A DNA stretch of 63,852 bases, filler included, from Candidatus Coatesbacteria bacterium (GTDB taxonomy: Bacteria > JAFGND01), in the NCBI GenBank assembly GCA_016927185.1. It is 4 parts of 4 records of this genome, joined end to end, with 100 filler letters (N's around TTAATTAATTAA, not from the genome) between each part and the next. Parts side by side here need not be neighbours in the genome. Positions count along the whole stretch, not along the records: positions 32,168 to 60,033 come from JAFGND010000107.1; 3 more parts are not named here. One strand, written 5' to 3'. The translations under genes and the position numbers were made by a program. Shown here piece after piece: positions 38,129 to 46,732 of this stretch. Below the pieces are notes generated by a model. The model saw only the letters and a program-made list of their open reading frames with translations, searched no databases and was not told the DNA's origin. The first letter of the stretch is position 1; the number at the start of each line of letters is the position of its first letter.

Positions 38129-38362
38129 TTAACCAGACTTGTTTTCAAGCAACTGGTTTAATTCTTTTAACAGATTTGCCAGACTGCTTCCCTGCCATTC
38201 CAGTATATACGCCTGAGACCCAAGCGGTGCCGCAACTGGTCTTCCTCCTCATCCATAGCAGTATACGCCATATTTAGAAAGTATTCTTATTGTTTCAGGA
38301 TGTTCTTTCATAAGCTCATCAATGTAAGTATTTTCGTTAACTTGCTTGATTTTGGTGTCCAT
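38129..38362 (-). CDS. DUF1858-like redox protein with CxxU motif (putative selenoprotein, 77 aa)
   Basis: Not in the ORF track. GGAGG RBS; reads MDTKIKQVNENTYIDELMKEHPETIRILSKYGVYCYG[TGA]GGRPVAAPLGSQAYILEWQGSSLANLLKELNQLLENKSG*, with TGA at 38249-38251. Confidence 0.75.
38216..38242 (-). promoter_or_regulatory. Putative bacterial SECIS element
   Basis: AGACC-AGUU-GCG-GCAC-CGC-UUG-GGUCU hairpin starting 7 nt after the UGA; apical loop begins with G about 19 nt downstream of the UGA. Confidence 0.55.
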
Positions 38363-38585
38363 TTTCCTCCTCTCATTTTTACAGTTGAATTATAGTGATT
38401 TGCTTGAAATCTGTCAAGAATAAGGAAAACGCATATGAAATCTTCTGTTTAAAAGACTTTACATTGATGGATTGAAAAAAGTGGGTAAAAAATGGTTTTT
38501 TTTCAAAGAAAGTCTTGACTAAATATTGGCACTCTCATTTTGCGAAGACTAGTGTTATTGCTTTAACTTCAAAAGGAAGAATACA

Positions 38586-38939
38586 ATGCGTATATCTGAT
38601 ATAGTGACAATACTTGATGCAGAGGTGCTTGCTGGAAGCAAGTTTCTTGACAGGGAGATTCCATGCGCATTCAGCTGCGATCTTATAAGTGACATCCTCA
38701 AATGCACAGCAGAACAGACAATGCTTCTGACCGGACTGACTAATCCGCAGATAATAAGAACAGCAGAAATGATAGATTTACTTGGAATAGTCATTGTCAG
38801 GGGTAATTTTGTAGCACAGGAAGTCATAGATGAAGCAGATGAAGCAGGTGTCCCTTTGCTGAGGACAAAACTGACTATGTATGAATCAAGCGGCAGACTG
38901 TTTGCTGCGGGATTGAGATCCTGCAAGATGAAGATATGA
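38586..38939 (+). CDS. DRTGG domain protein
   Basis: FSCDLISDIL, LLTGLTNPQIIRTAEM, IVIVRG. Confidence 0.85.
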   Translation: MRISDIVTILDAEVLAGSKFLDREIPCAFSCDLISDILKCTAEQTMLLTGLTNPQIIRTAEMIDLLGIVIVRGNFVAQEVIDEADEAGVPLLRTKLTMYESSGRLFAAGLRSCKMKI

Positions 38940-39424
38940 CCAACTACCATTACTCAAAAGAGAATTACAGGGAGCCTCCCATAGCGGATGCTGATGAGGA
39001 TCATATCTCATTGAGTTTTCCGATTGAAGGTGGGGATTTCACTCATGCCGGATATGGATCAAGTGAGATAAAACGCACTTTGAAAAAACTGGCTGCTGAT
39101 CCCAAGATAGTTAGAAGAATTGCCATTGCCGCATATGAAGCAGAGATAAATGTGGTAGCTCATGCATATAAGGGAAGAATAAGTGCAGTAATATCAAGTG
39201 ATGCGATAAGGGTTTTCATTGAGGATCAGGGACCTGGTATCCCTGATATTGAACAGGCAATGCAGCCGGGATTTTCTACTGCCTCACCAAAGGTAAGGGA
39301 AATGGGATTCGGTGCAGGTCTTGGTTTACCCAATATAAGAGATAACGTAGATTTTCTTCATATTGAATCAGAAGTGAGTATAGGAACGATTTTACAATTC
39401 TGCATATTATTTAGAAATGAATAG
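38936..39424 (+). CDS. Anti-sigma regulatory factor, Ser/Thr kinase (HATPase_c)
   Basis: GGDFTHAG, AAYEAEINVVAH, DQGPGI, GFGAGLGLPNI. Confidence 0.88.
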   Translation: MTNYHYSKENYREPPIADADEDHISLSFPIEGGDFTHAGYGSSEIKRTLKKLAADPKIVRRIAIAAYEAEINVVAHAYKGRISAVISSDAIRVFIEDQGPGIPDIEQAMQPGFSTASPKVREMGFGAGLGLPNIRDNVDFLHIESEVSIGTILQFCILFRNE

Positions 39425-40667
39425 GGATTATTTTCATAGTGTAAGAATTATTGATGAGAGATGTAATGGCTGTACACATTGCATAAGGGCATGTGAGACT
39501 GAAGCAATAAGGGTGCGCCATGGAAAAGCAATAATCCATGAAGTAAGGTGTATAGACTGCGGAGAGTGCATAAGAATATGCCCAAGGAATGCTGCAGTTG
39601 CAGCTTCAGACGATTTATCAGAATTGAAAAGGTTCAGTTATAATGTTGCGCTTCCATCTACTGCTTTTACAGCGCAATGTCCTTCCCAGCATAAACTCAA
39701 TAAACTGTACAATGGATTGCTGCATTTAGGTTTTAATGATGTTTTCGAAGAATCAAGGACAAACTCCATAATTTCATATGCAGTAAACAAGTTCCTGAAG
39801 GAAAATGCAAGGATAAAACCTTATATAAGCAGCGTTTGTCCAGCTGTTGTCAGGTTGATACAAGTGAGATTCCCTTCACTTGTAGAACATATAATTCCTA
39901 TAGAAACACCGCTTGAAATATCTGCAAGAATTATCAGAGAGCAGAAAAGCAGGTTGCTTGGTATAGAACCTGAGAAACTCGGGATCTTCTATATAACAAC
40001 TTGTCCTGCAAGGGTTACTGCAATCAAGCAACCTGTAGGAACTGAGATTTCAAGTATTGATGGAGCAATAGCAATTTGCAATATAATAAACAAGATTCTT
40101 GTTTTTATTGATCAGGTGGAAGAAAAAGAGAACTTCTGTAAAGCTCCTCCTTCTGCCAACAGATGGGGTGCAGTGGGTGGAGAAGTGAGAGCATTGGATA
40201 CCGACAAGACATTGTCTGTTGACGGGATAAGCAACGTTGTACAGGTTTTAAATAAGGTAGAAAACTATGAACTGGAGATGTTTGACTTTATAGAAGCTTA
40301 TGCTTGTCCATGTGGATGTGTAGGTGGTGTTCTTAATTTCGAAAATCCGTATGTAGCAAAGCAGAGGATTTATATACAAGGCAAATCCAATGAAAATATC
40401 ATAGACAAGGAAATGCTTGAAATAGCAGAAGAGATGTATGAAAACAAGACGCTTTTCCTGGCAGAGGAAGTTGAACCAAGACCAGTACTGAAGCTGGATA
40501 CAGATATGAGAAAAGCAATACAGAAACTGGAGAAACTGGAAAGAATTCTCAAGGATCTGCCGGGAATAGATTGCGGAGCTTGTGGATGTCCGACATGCAG
40601 AGCTCTGGCAGAAGATATTGTCCAGGGTAACGCAAATATTGAAGATTGTATTTTTATAAGGAAGTGA
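39417..40667 (+). CDS. [FeFe]-hydrogenase-like (sensory/degenerate H-cluster) protein with ferredoxin and C-terminal Fe-S domains
   Basis: CNGCTHC..C and CIDCGEC..CP; degenerate H-cluster motifs ISSVCP, TTCPAR, EAYACPCGCVGG; LPGIDCGACGCPTC. Confidence 0.85.
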   Translation: MNRDYFHSVRIIDERCNGCTHCIRACETEAIRVRHGKAIIHEVRCIDCGECIRICPRNAAVAASDDLSELKRFSYNVALPSTAFTAQCPSQHKLNKLYNGLLHLGFNDVFEESRTNSIISYAVNKFLKENARIKPYISSVCPAVVRLIQVRFPSLVEHIIPIETPLEISARIIREQKSRLLGIEPEKLGIFYITTCPARVTAIKQPVGTEISSIDGAIAICNIINKILVFIDQVEEKENFCKAPPSANRWGAVGGEVRALDTDKTLSVDGISNVVQVLNKVENYELEMFDFIEAYACPCGCVGGVLNFENPYVAKQRIYIQGKSNENIIDKEMLEIAEEMYENKTLFLAEEVEPRPVLKLDTDMRKAIQKLEKLERILKDLPGIDCGACGCPTCRALAEDIVQGNANIEDCIFIRK

Positions 40668-40673
40668 TATTCA

Positions 40674-41018
40674 ATGAGAATCAAGGAGATAATTGAAAAA
40701 CTCAATCTCACTGTTTATTTTTCACCTGAGGAAGATGCCGAAATCACTGGAGGATATGCATGTGATCTTCTCTCAGATGTCATGGGGCATGCAGATGCAG
40801 GCTCTATATGGGTAACAATACAGACGCATCAGAATATTGTTGCAGTTGCAGTTCTAGCTAATTTGCCTGCTATTGTATTATCCAGGGGAGTAAAACCGCA
40901 GGATTTGACAATAGATAAATGCAGGGATGAATCTGTCTATCTTCTTGGAACAGAAGAAACAACATTTGAAATGACAGGAAGGTTATACGATCTGGGAATC
41001 AGGGGAACAAAGAGATAA
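40674..41018 (+). CDS. DRTGG domain protein
   Basis: GGYACDLLSDVMG, IWVTIQTHQNIVAVA. Confidence 0.85.
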   Translation: MRIKEIIEKLNLTVYFSPEEDAEITGGYACDLLSDVMGHADAGSIWVTIQTHQNIVAVAVLANLPAIVLSRGVKPQDLTIDKCRDESVYLLGTEETTFEMTGRLYDLGIRGTKR

Positions 41019-41021
41019 ACT

Positions 41022-41789
41022 ATGCCTACATTCAAGATAGATCTTCACATTCATAGTGTCTTGTCTCCATGTTCAGATTTGATGATGAGTCCTTCCAGGA
41101 TACTTGACAGAGCCAGTGAAGTTGGTCTTGATATAATTGCGATTTCGGATCATAATATGGCTGAAAATGGAAAAGCTCTTGCAGAACTGAAACTAAGAAA
41201 TTTTTCAGCTCCTGAGTGTTTTTTCGGGATGGAATTGCAGACAGAGGAAGAAGTACATCTGCTTTGCTTGTTTGAAGCTATTGATACAGCTATGATTATG
41301 CAGGAAGAAATATATCCCTTGCTTATATCCCAGCCGAATAATCCAGATTTATTTGGATATCAGATAGTTGTTGATGAATTTGATGAAATAATAAGGCATG
41401 AGGAGAAACTTCTCATAAGTTCAGTAATGTTGAGGATAAATGATGTATTCAAGAAGGTTACTGATCTTGAAGGCATTGTCATCCCCTCACATATTGACAG
41501 GGAGAGTTTCAGCATAATATCCCAGCTAGGCTTTATCCCTGCTGATATACCATTTCCGACAGTGGAATTATCCAGAAATGCTGATATTAACAGCTTCATA
41601 AATGATCCATCCTTTTCTAATCTGAATCTTGTCACATTTTCTGATTCGCACAGGATTGAGGAAATTGGTACAGCATGGACTGAAATAGAATTGGAAGATA
41701 GAAGTTTTGCATGTTTCAAAGAAGCTATTTCTATGAAAAGCGCAAAACCTTTTAAAATAAGGAGGAGTGTTAATGGTTACACAAACTAA
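41022..41789 (+). CDS. PHP domain phosphoesterase
   Basis: DLHIHSVLSPC, ISDHN, GMELQTEEEVH, PSHIDR, SDSH. Confidence 0.88.
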   Translation: MPTFKIDLHIHSVLSPCSDLMMSPSRILDRASEVGLDIIAISDHNMAENGKALAELKLRNFSAPECFFGMELQTEEEVHLLCLFEAIDTAMIMQEEIYPLLISQPNNPDLFGYQIVVDEFDEIIRHEEKLLISSVMLRINDVFKKVTDLEGIVIPSHIDRESFSIISQLGFIPADIPFPTVELSRNADINSFINDPSFSNLNLVTFSDSHRIEEIGTAWTEIELEDRSFACFKEAISMKSAKPFKIRRSVNGYTN

Positions 41790-42261
41790 GATTATTAGTC
41801 TGGAAGAATACATCCCAGAACTTGATGAGATCATCCGGCAGCACAAGGGTTTGAAAGGTTCACTGATACAGGTTTTACACAAAGCCCAGCAAGGATTCGG
41901 ATATTTGCCAATTGAACTTCAGAAATATGTTGCTGAAGGTTTGAAAGTGCCATATAGTGAAGTATACAGCGTTGTCACCTTTTATTCTTTCTTCAGTATG
42001 GAGCCCAAAGGACGTCATATAATAAAAGTATGTCTAGGCACTGCCTGCTTTGTAAGAGGCTCTGCTAAAATAGTAACTTATCTTGAAGAAAAGTTTGGAA
42101 TCCCGTTGAGCAAGACAACAGAAGACAGACGCTTCACTCTTGATAGTGCACGCTGTCTGGGAGCATGTTCGCTTGCTCCGGTAATGATGGTCAATGAGGA
42201 TGTATATGGAAGGCTGACACCGGAGAAAGCCTACAAGATATTGATGGAAACATACGAGTAG
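41767..42261 (+). CDS. NuoE/HydC-like 2Fe-2S subunit
   Basis: LIQVLHKAQ, VVTFYSFF, CLGTAC, CLGAC. Confidence 0.9.
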   Translation: MLMVTQTKIISLEEYIPELDEIIRQHKGLKGSLIQVLHKAQQGFGYLPIELQKYVAEGLKVPYSEVYSVVTFYSFFSMEPKGRHIIKVCLGTACFVRGSAKIVTYLEEKFGIPLSKTTEDRRFTLDSARCLGACSLAPVMMVNEDVYGRLTPEKAYKILMETYE

Positions 42262-42803
42262 TGGAGGAATTATCACTTCATATACTAGATATAGCTGAGA
42301 ATTCCATAAAAGCGAATGCCTCTTTTGTAACTATAGAAATTATAGAGGATATTGATACAGACAAAATGGAAATAGAAATTACAGACAATGGTTTCGGAAT
42401 GAGTGATAAAATGATAGAGAAAGCTCTTTCTCCGTTCTTTTCTACAAGAACGACCAGAAAGATTGGTCTGGGTCTTCCTCTCTTCAAGGATACAGTTGAA
42501 GCTTGTGAAGGAAGCATAAAACTGACTTCGGAGATTAACAGAGGAACGAAGGTTTATGCTTCACTAAGGCATTCTCATATAGACAGACCGCCACTTGGAG
42601 AAATTGCAGATACCATACTTATGCTTGTCATAAGCTATCCTGACAGGGATTTCCTGTACAGGCACAAGAAGGGAAACAGGGAATTCACTTTTGACACAAG
42701 GGAGATAAAGGAAATCCTTGGAACTGAAGTAAGTATTAATCATCCGGAGGTCAGGAGCTGGCTTTTGGAAACGCTTAAATCTGGAGAAAAAGAATTAAAT
42801 TAA
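42261..42803 (+). CDS. Histidine kinase-like ATPase (HATPase_c)
   Basis: ELSLHILDIAENS, DNGFGM, GLGLP, HIDRPPLG. Confidence 0.88.
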   Translation: MEELSLHILDIAENSIKANASFVTIEIIEDIDTDKMEIEITDNGFGMSDKMIEKALSPFFSTRTTRKIGLGLPLFKDTVEACEGSIKLTSEINRGTKVYASLRHSHIDRPPLGEIADTILMLVISYPDRDFLYRHKKGNREFTFDTREIKEILGTEVSINHPEVRSWLLETLKSGEKELN

Positions 42804-42818
42804 AATAGGAGGTTTTCC

Positions 42819-43181
42819 ATGAATTTAGAGGAACTAAGAAAACTTAAGGAAAAGGCTCAGGCTGATTTGAAAGTGCGTGCTGAATCTGCAAAAATCAAGA
42901 TAATCGTGGGGATGGGAACCTGTGGAATAGCAGCTGGAGCACGTCCTGTAATGCAGGCATTCCTGGAGGAAGTGGAAAGAAGAAATCTCAAGGATGTATT
43001 GATAACTCAGAGTGGCTGCAAGGGAATATGTGCCATGGAACCTGTTGTTGACGTAGAAATTGAGGGAGAGAAATCAATAACCTATGGGTACATGACACCT
43101 GAAAAAGCTAAGAAAGTCATAGCAGAACATATAGTAAATGGCACACCGGTAAGTGAATATATAGTTAGTACTCAAGGATAA
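42819..43181 (+). CDS. Thioredoxin-like 2Fe-2S ferredoxin (HydD/HndB-like)
   Basis: VGMGTCGIAAGA, SGCKGICAMEP. Confidence 0.88.
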   Translation: MNLEELRKLKEKAQADLKVRAESAKIKIIVGMGTCGIAAGARPVMQAFLEEVERRNLKDVLITQSGCKGICAMEPVVDVEIEGEKSITYGYMTPEKAKKVIAEHIVNGTPVSEYIVSTQG

Positions 43182-43196
43182 GGATAGGAGGGAATT

Positions 43197-46100
43197 TTGA
43201 CTACCCGTTTACATGTCTTGCTTTGTGCAGGAGCTGCATGTGTTAGCTCTGGTGGTGATTCTGTAAAACTGAGACTGCAAGAGGAAATGGACAAAGCTAA
43301 AATTGCAGATGAAGTTGATATAATCGAGACAGGATGCATGGGTCCGTGTAATCTGGGACCTATTGTTGTCATTTATCCTGAAGGTGTTTTTTACAAGAAA
43401 GTCAAACCTGATGATGCTTATGAGATAGTAAATGAGCACTTCCTCAAGGGACGTCTTGTCTCAAGATTGCTTGTTACTGATGAGGAGAAAAAAGAGGCAA
43501 TTGCCGCACAGAAGGATATTGGTTTCTTCAAGGATCAAGTCAAGGTAGTATTGGAGAACAGCGGACAGATTGATCCAGAGAAAATAGAAGAATATATTGC
43601 CAGAGATGGTTATTCTGCTCTTGCCAAAGTGCTTACTGAAATGACTCCACAGCAGGTGATTGAAGAAGTCACAAAATCTGGCTTGAGAGGAAGAGGTGGT
43701 GGAGGTTTCCCAACAGGAATGAAATGGAAGCTTGTTGCAGGTAACAAGGGAGAATGCAAATACGTAGTATGCAATGCTGATGAAGGGGATCCAGGAGCAT
43801 TCATGGATAGATCCGTTCTTGAAGGTGATCCCCATAAGGTGCTTGAAGCAATGACTGTTGCAGCTTATGCTGTCTGCGGCAAGGAAATCCCTGCTTATGG
43901 TTACATATATGTGAGAGCTGAGTATCCTCTTGCAATAAAGAGACTTGAAATTGCCATCAAGCAGGCTAGAGAATTCGGCTTTCTGGGTAAGAATATATTC
44001 GAGACAGGTTTTGACTTTGATATAAATCTGAGAATGGGTGCAGGAGCTTTTGTATGTGGTGAGGAAACAGCTCTGCTCTCGTCCATAGAAGGCAAGCGCG
44101 GATGGCCGAAGCCAAGACCTCCATATCCCGCGGTAAAAGGGCTTTTTGCACAACCGACTCTTCTGAATAATGTGGAAACCTATGCAAACATACCCTCAAT
44201 AATAAGAAAGGGCGGGGAATGGTTTGCAGGTTTCGGAACAGAGAAAAGCAAGGGAACAAAGGTTTTTGCCCTGGCAGGAAATGTAGTTAATACAGGATTA
44301 GTGGAAGTTCCTATGGGAATACCTCTTGGAGACATAATTTTCAAGATAGGAGCAGGAATTCCTAATGGCAAGAGATTCAAGGCAGCACAGGTAGGAGGTC
44401 CTTCTGGAGGATGCATTCCTATACAGCATCTTAATGTCAAGATGGACTATGAAAGTCTGGTTGACCTGGGAGCAATAATTGGATCAGGTGGACTGGTCAT
44501 AATGGATGAAGATACATGTATGGTCAATCTTGCAAAGTACTTCATGGAGTTCCTGGTTGAGGAATCTTGTGGACAATGTGTTCCGTGCAGAGTCGGGACA
44601 AAGCAATTGCTTGAAATCCTTAACAGGATTTGCTCAGGCAAAGGCAAAATGGAAGACCTGGATACACTGGAAGAACTGGGAAAAATGATAAAGACAGCCA
44701 GTTTCTGTGGTCTTGGGCAGACAGCTCCGAATGCAGTACTGACTACACTAAGATATTTCAGGGATGAATATATTGAACATATCAAATATGGATATTGCCG
44801 TGCTGGTGCATGTGCTGATCTGGTTCTTGCCCCATGCACTAATATATGTCCAGCTGATGTAGATGTACCTGCATATCTATCATATGTAGCTGAAGGCAAG
44901 TTCAAGGAAGCAGTTGCAGTCCACAGGGAGAAGAACCCATTCCCGGCAGCTCTTGGAAGGATCTGCCCACATGAATGCATGTCTAAATGCAGGAGGGGAA
45001 CATCTGACACGCCTATTGGAATAAGAAGCGTAAAGCGTTTCATTGCAGATTTTCAGGAAGAGCTTCCGGTCTACAAAGTGGCAGCTACAAAAGAAAAAGT
45101 CGCCATAATTGGTGCAGGTCCATCTGGATTGACTGCTGCATATTTCCTGGCAAAAAAAGGTTACAAGGTTACTGTTTATGAGAAGCTGAATGTCAAGGGA
45201 GGGATGCTGAGGGTTGGAATACCTGATTACAGGCTGCCTCCTGATATCCTTGAAAGGGAAATATCACTCATTGAGAATCTTGGAGTTGAAATAAAACATG
45301 GCAAGGAATTCGGCAAAGACATCACTATAAAGAGCCTGAAAAAGGAAGGATATAAAGCTATTTATGTTGCCATTGGAGCTCACAAGGGACTGAAACTTGG
45401 GCTTGAAGGCGAGGATCTGGATGGAGTCTTTGATGGAGTGACATTGCTGCGCAAACTCAATCTGGGAGAAGATTGCAAGATCAAGAACAAGAAAGTGGCT
45501 GTTATCGGTGGAGGCAATGTAGCAATTGATGTAGCAAGAAGTGCCTGGAGAAAGGGAGCCAGTGAAGTTCATATAATCTACCGAAGAGAACGCAAGGACA
45601 TGCCAGCTTATCTGGATGAAATAGAAGATGCAGAACTTGAAGGAATAAAGATTCATACTCTTCTTTCCCCAGAGAAAATCATGGGGAATGGAAAGGTTGA
45701 GAAACTGGCAGCAAGAAAGAATGAACTTGGTATATTTGACAACAGCGGCAGAAGAAAACCGATACCCTTGAAGTGCGATTTGCAGGAATTCAAGGTTGAT
45801 ATGGTTATAGCTGCTATTGGACAGGAACCTGATGGTGACATTCTTTCTGGAGAAGGTCTTGAACTGAACAAGAACAAGACTGTAAAAGCTGATGTAGAAA
45901 CTCTTTTGACAAATATTGAAGGCGTATTCGCTGGAGGAGATCTTGTATCAGGCCCTGCCAGTGCAGTAGAGGCAATTGGGCAAGCTCAGAAAGCAGCAAG
46001 CGCTATAGACAAATATCTGGGTGGAGATGGCTATCTCTATGACAAGAAAGGTTTTGAAATCCCTGTTACATATAATGAAGATGCATATCTTGAAACAAGA

Positions 46101-46250
46101 AAGATATTCAGGGAGTCAGGTCTGCCTGTAGAAAAACGCTGTTGCACTAATGAAGAGGTTTATGAGACAATAAGCAAGGAAGCAGCGATTGAGGAATCGA
46201 AGCATTGCCTGCATTGTGACAGGGGAAAACGTCCCTTATTGGAAACTTAA
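43197..46250 (+). CDS. NuoF/HydB-like FMN/NADH subunit fused to a GltD-like FAD/NAD(P)H oxidoreductase
   Basis: N-terminal 2Fe-2S CAGAAC...GCMGPC, GRGGGGFP, NADEGDPG, CGEET, SCGQCVPC; then CTNICP...CPHECMSKC, GAGPSG, GGGNVA. Confidence 0.9.
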   Translation: MTTRLHVLLCAGAACVSSGGDSVKLRLQEEMDKAKIADEVDIIETGCMGPCNLGPIVVIYPEGVFYKKVKPDDAYEIVNEHFLKGRLVSRLLVTDEEKKEAIAAQKDIGFFKDQVKVVLENSGQIDPEKIEEYIARDGYSALAKVLTEMTPQQVIEEVTKSGLRGRGGGGFPTGMKWKLVAGNKGECKYVVCNADEGDPGAFMDRSVLEGDPHKVLEAMTVAAYAVCGKEIPAYGYIYVRAEYPLAIKRLEIAIKQAREFGFLGKNIFETGFDFDINLRMGAGAFVCGEETALLSSIEGKRGWPKPRPPYPAVKGLFAQPTLLNNVETYANIPSIIRKGGEWFAGFGTEKSKGTKVFALAGNVVNTGLVEVPMGIPLGDIIFKIGAGIPNGKRFKAAQVGGPSGGCIPIQHLNVKMDYESLVDLGAIIGSGGLVIMDEDTCMVNLAKYFMEFLVEESCGQCVPCRVGTKQLLEILNRICSGKGKMEDLDTLEELGKMIKTASFCGLGQTAPNAVLTTLRYFRDEYIEHIKYGYCRAGACADLVLAPCTNICPADVDVPAYLSYVAEGKFKEAVAVHREKNPFPAALGRICPHECMSKCRRGTSDTPIGIRSVKRFIADFQEELPVYKVAATKEKVAIIGAGPSGLTAAYFLAKKGYKVTVYEKLNVKGGMLRVGIPDYRLPPDILEREISLIENLGVEIKHGKEFGKDITIKSLKKEGYKAIYVAIGAHKGLKLGLEGEDLDGVFDGVTLLRKLNLGEDCKIKNKKVAVIGGGNVAIDVARSAWRKGASEVHIIYRRERKDMPAYLDEIEDAELEGIKIHTLLSPEKIMGNGKVEKLAARKNELGIFDNSGRRKPIPLKCDLQEFKVDMVIAAIGQEPDGDILSGEGLELNKNKTVKADVETLLTNIEGVFAGGDLVSGPASAVEAIGQAQKAASAIDKYLGGDGYLYDKKGFEIPVTYNEDAYLETRKIFRESGLPVEKRCCTNEEVYETISKEAAIEESKHCLHCDRGKRPLLET

Positions 46251-46270
46251 TAAATAAAAAGGGGTAAGGT

Positions 46271-46732
46271 ATGGATATAAAAGCAATAATAAGTAAATAC
46301 GATCCACCTGAAGAGAATTTGATACCAATACTGCATGATATTCAGGAAGCAACTGAGCTCAAATATCTGAAGGATGAAGATCTTGTAGCTGTTGCTGATT
46401 ACATGAATATACCATTAAGTGAGATTCATGGGACAGTGACGTTCTATTCTATGTTCAGCAGGACTCCAAGAGGAAGGCATATAATAAGAGTCTGTGAAAG
46501 TGCTCCCTGTCACTTGATGGGTGCAACAACTATAATACAAGCACTTGAAGCAATACTGGGTATTAAAGTTGGCGAAACTACAAAGGACAAGAATTTTACA
46601 CTGGAGCTTACAGCATGTCTTGGCATATGTGCAGTAGCTCCAGCTATGATGATTGACAGTGAAATGCATGGTAATCTTACTCTAGAGAAGGTAAAGGAGA
46701 TTATTGATGGATACAGGAAGGAGGTGTCATAA
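46271..46732 (+). CDS. Second NuoE/HydC-like 2Fe-2S subunit
   Basis: LIPILHDIQ, TFYSMF, CESAPC, CLGIC. Confidence 0.9.
   Translation: MDIKAIISKYDPPEENLIPILHDIQEATELKYLKDEDLVAVADYMNIPLSEIHGTVTFYSMFSRTPRGRHIIRVCESAPCHLMGATTIIQALEAILGIKVGETTKDKNFTLELTACLGICAVAPAMMIDSEMHGNLTLEKVKEIIDGYRKEVS

Noticed and set aside
38527-38545. TGGCAC...TTGC resembling a sigma54 promoter
   Set aside because: GG-to-GC spacing is 12 nt instead of the required 10.
43461-45043. Long minus-strand ORFs within the NuoF-GltD gene
   Set aside because: Antisense shadows of a conserved coding sequence.
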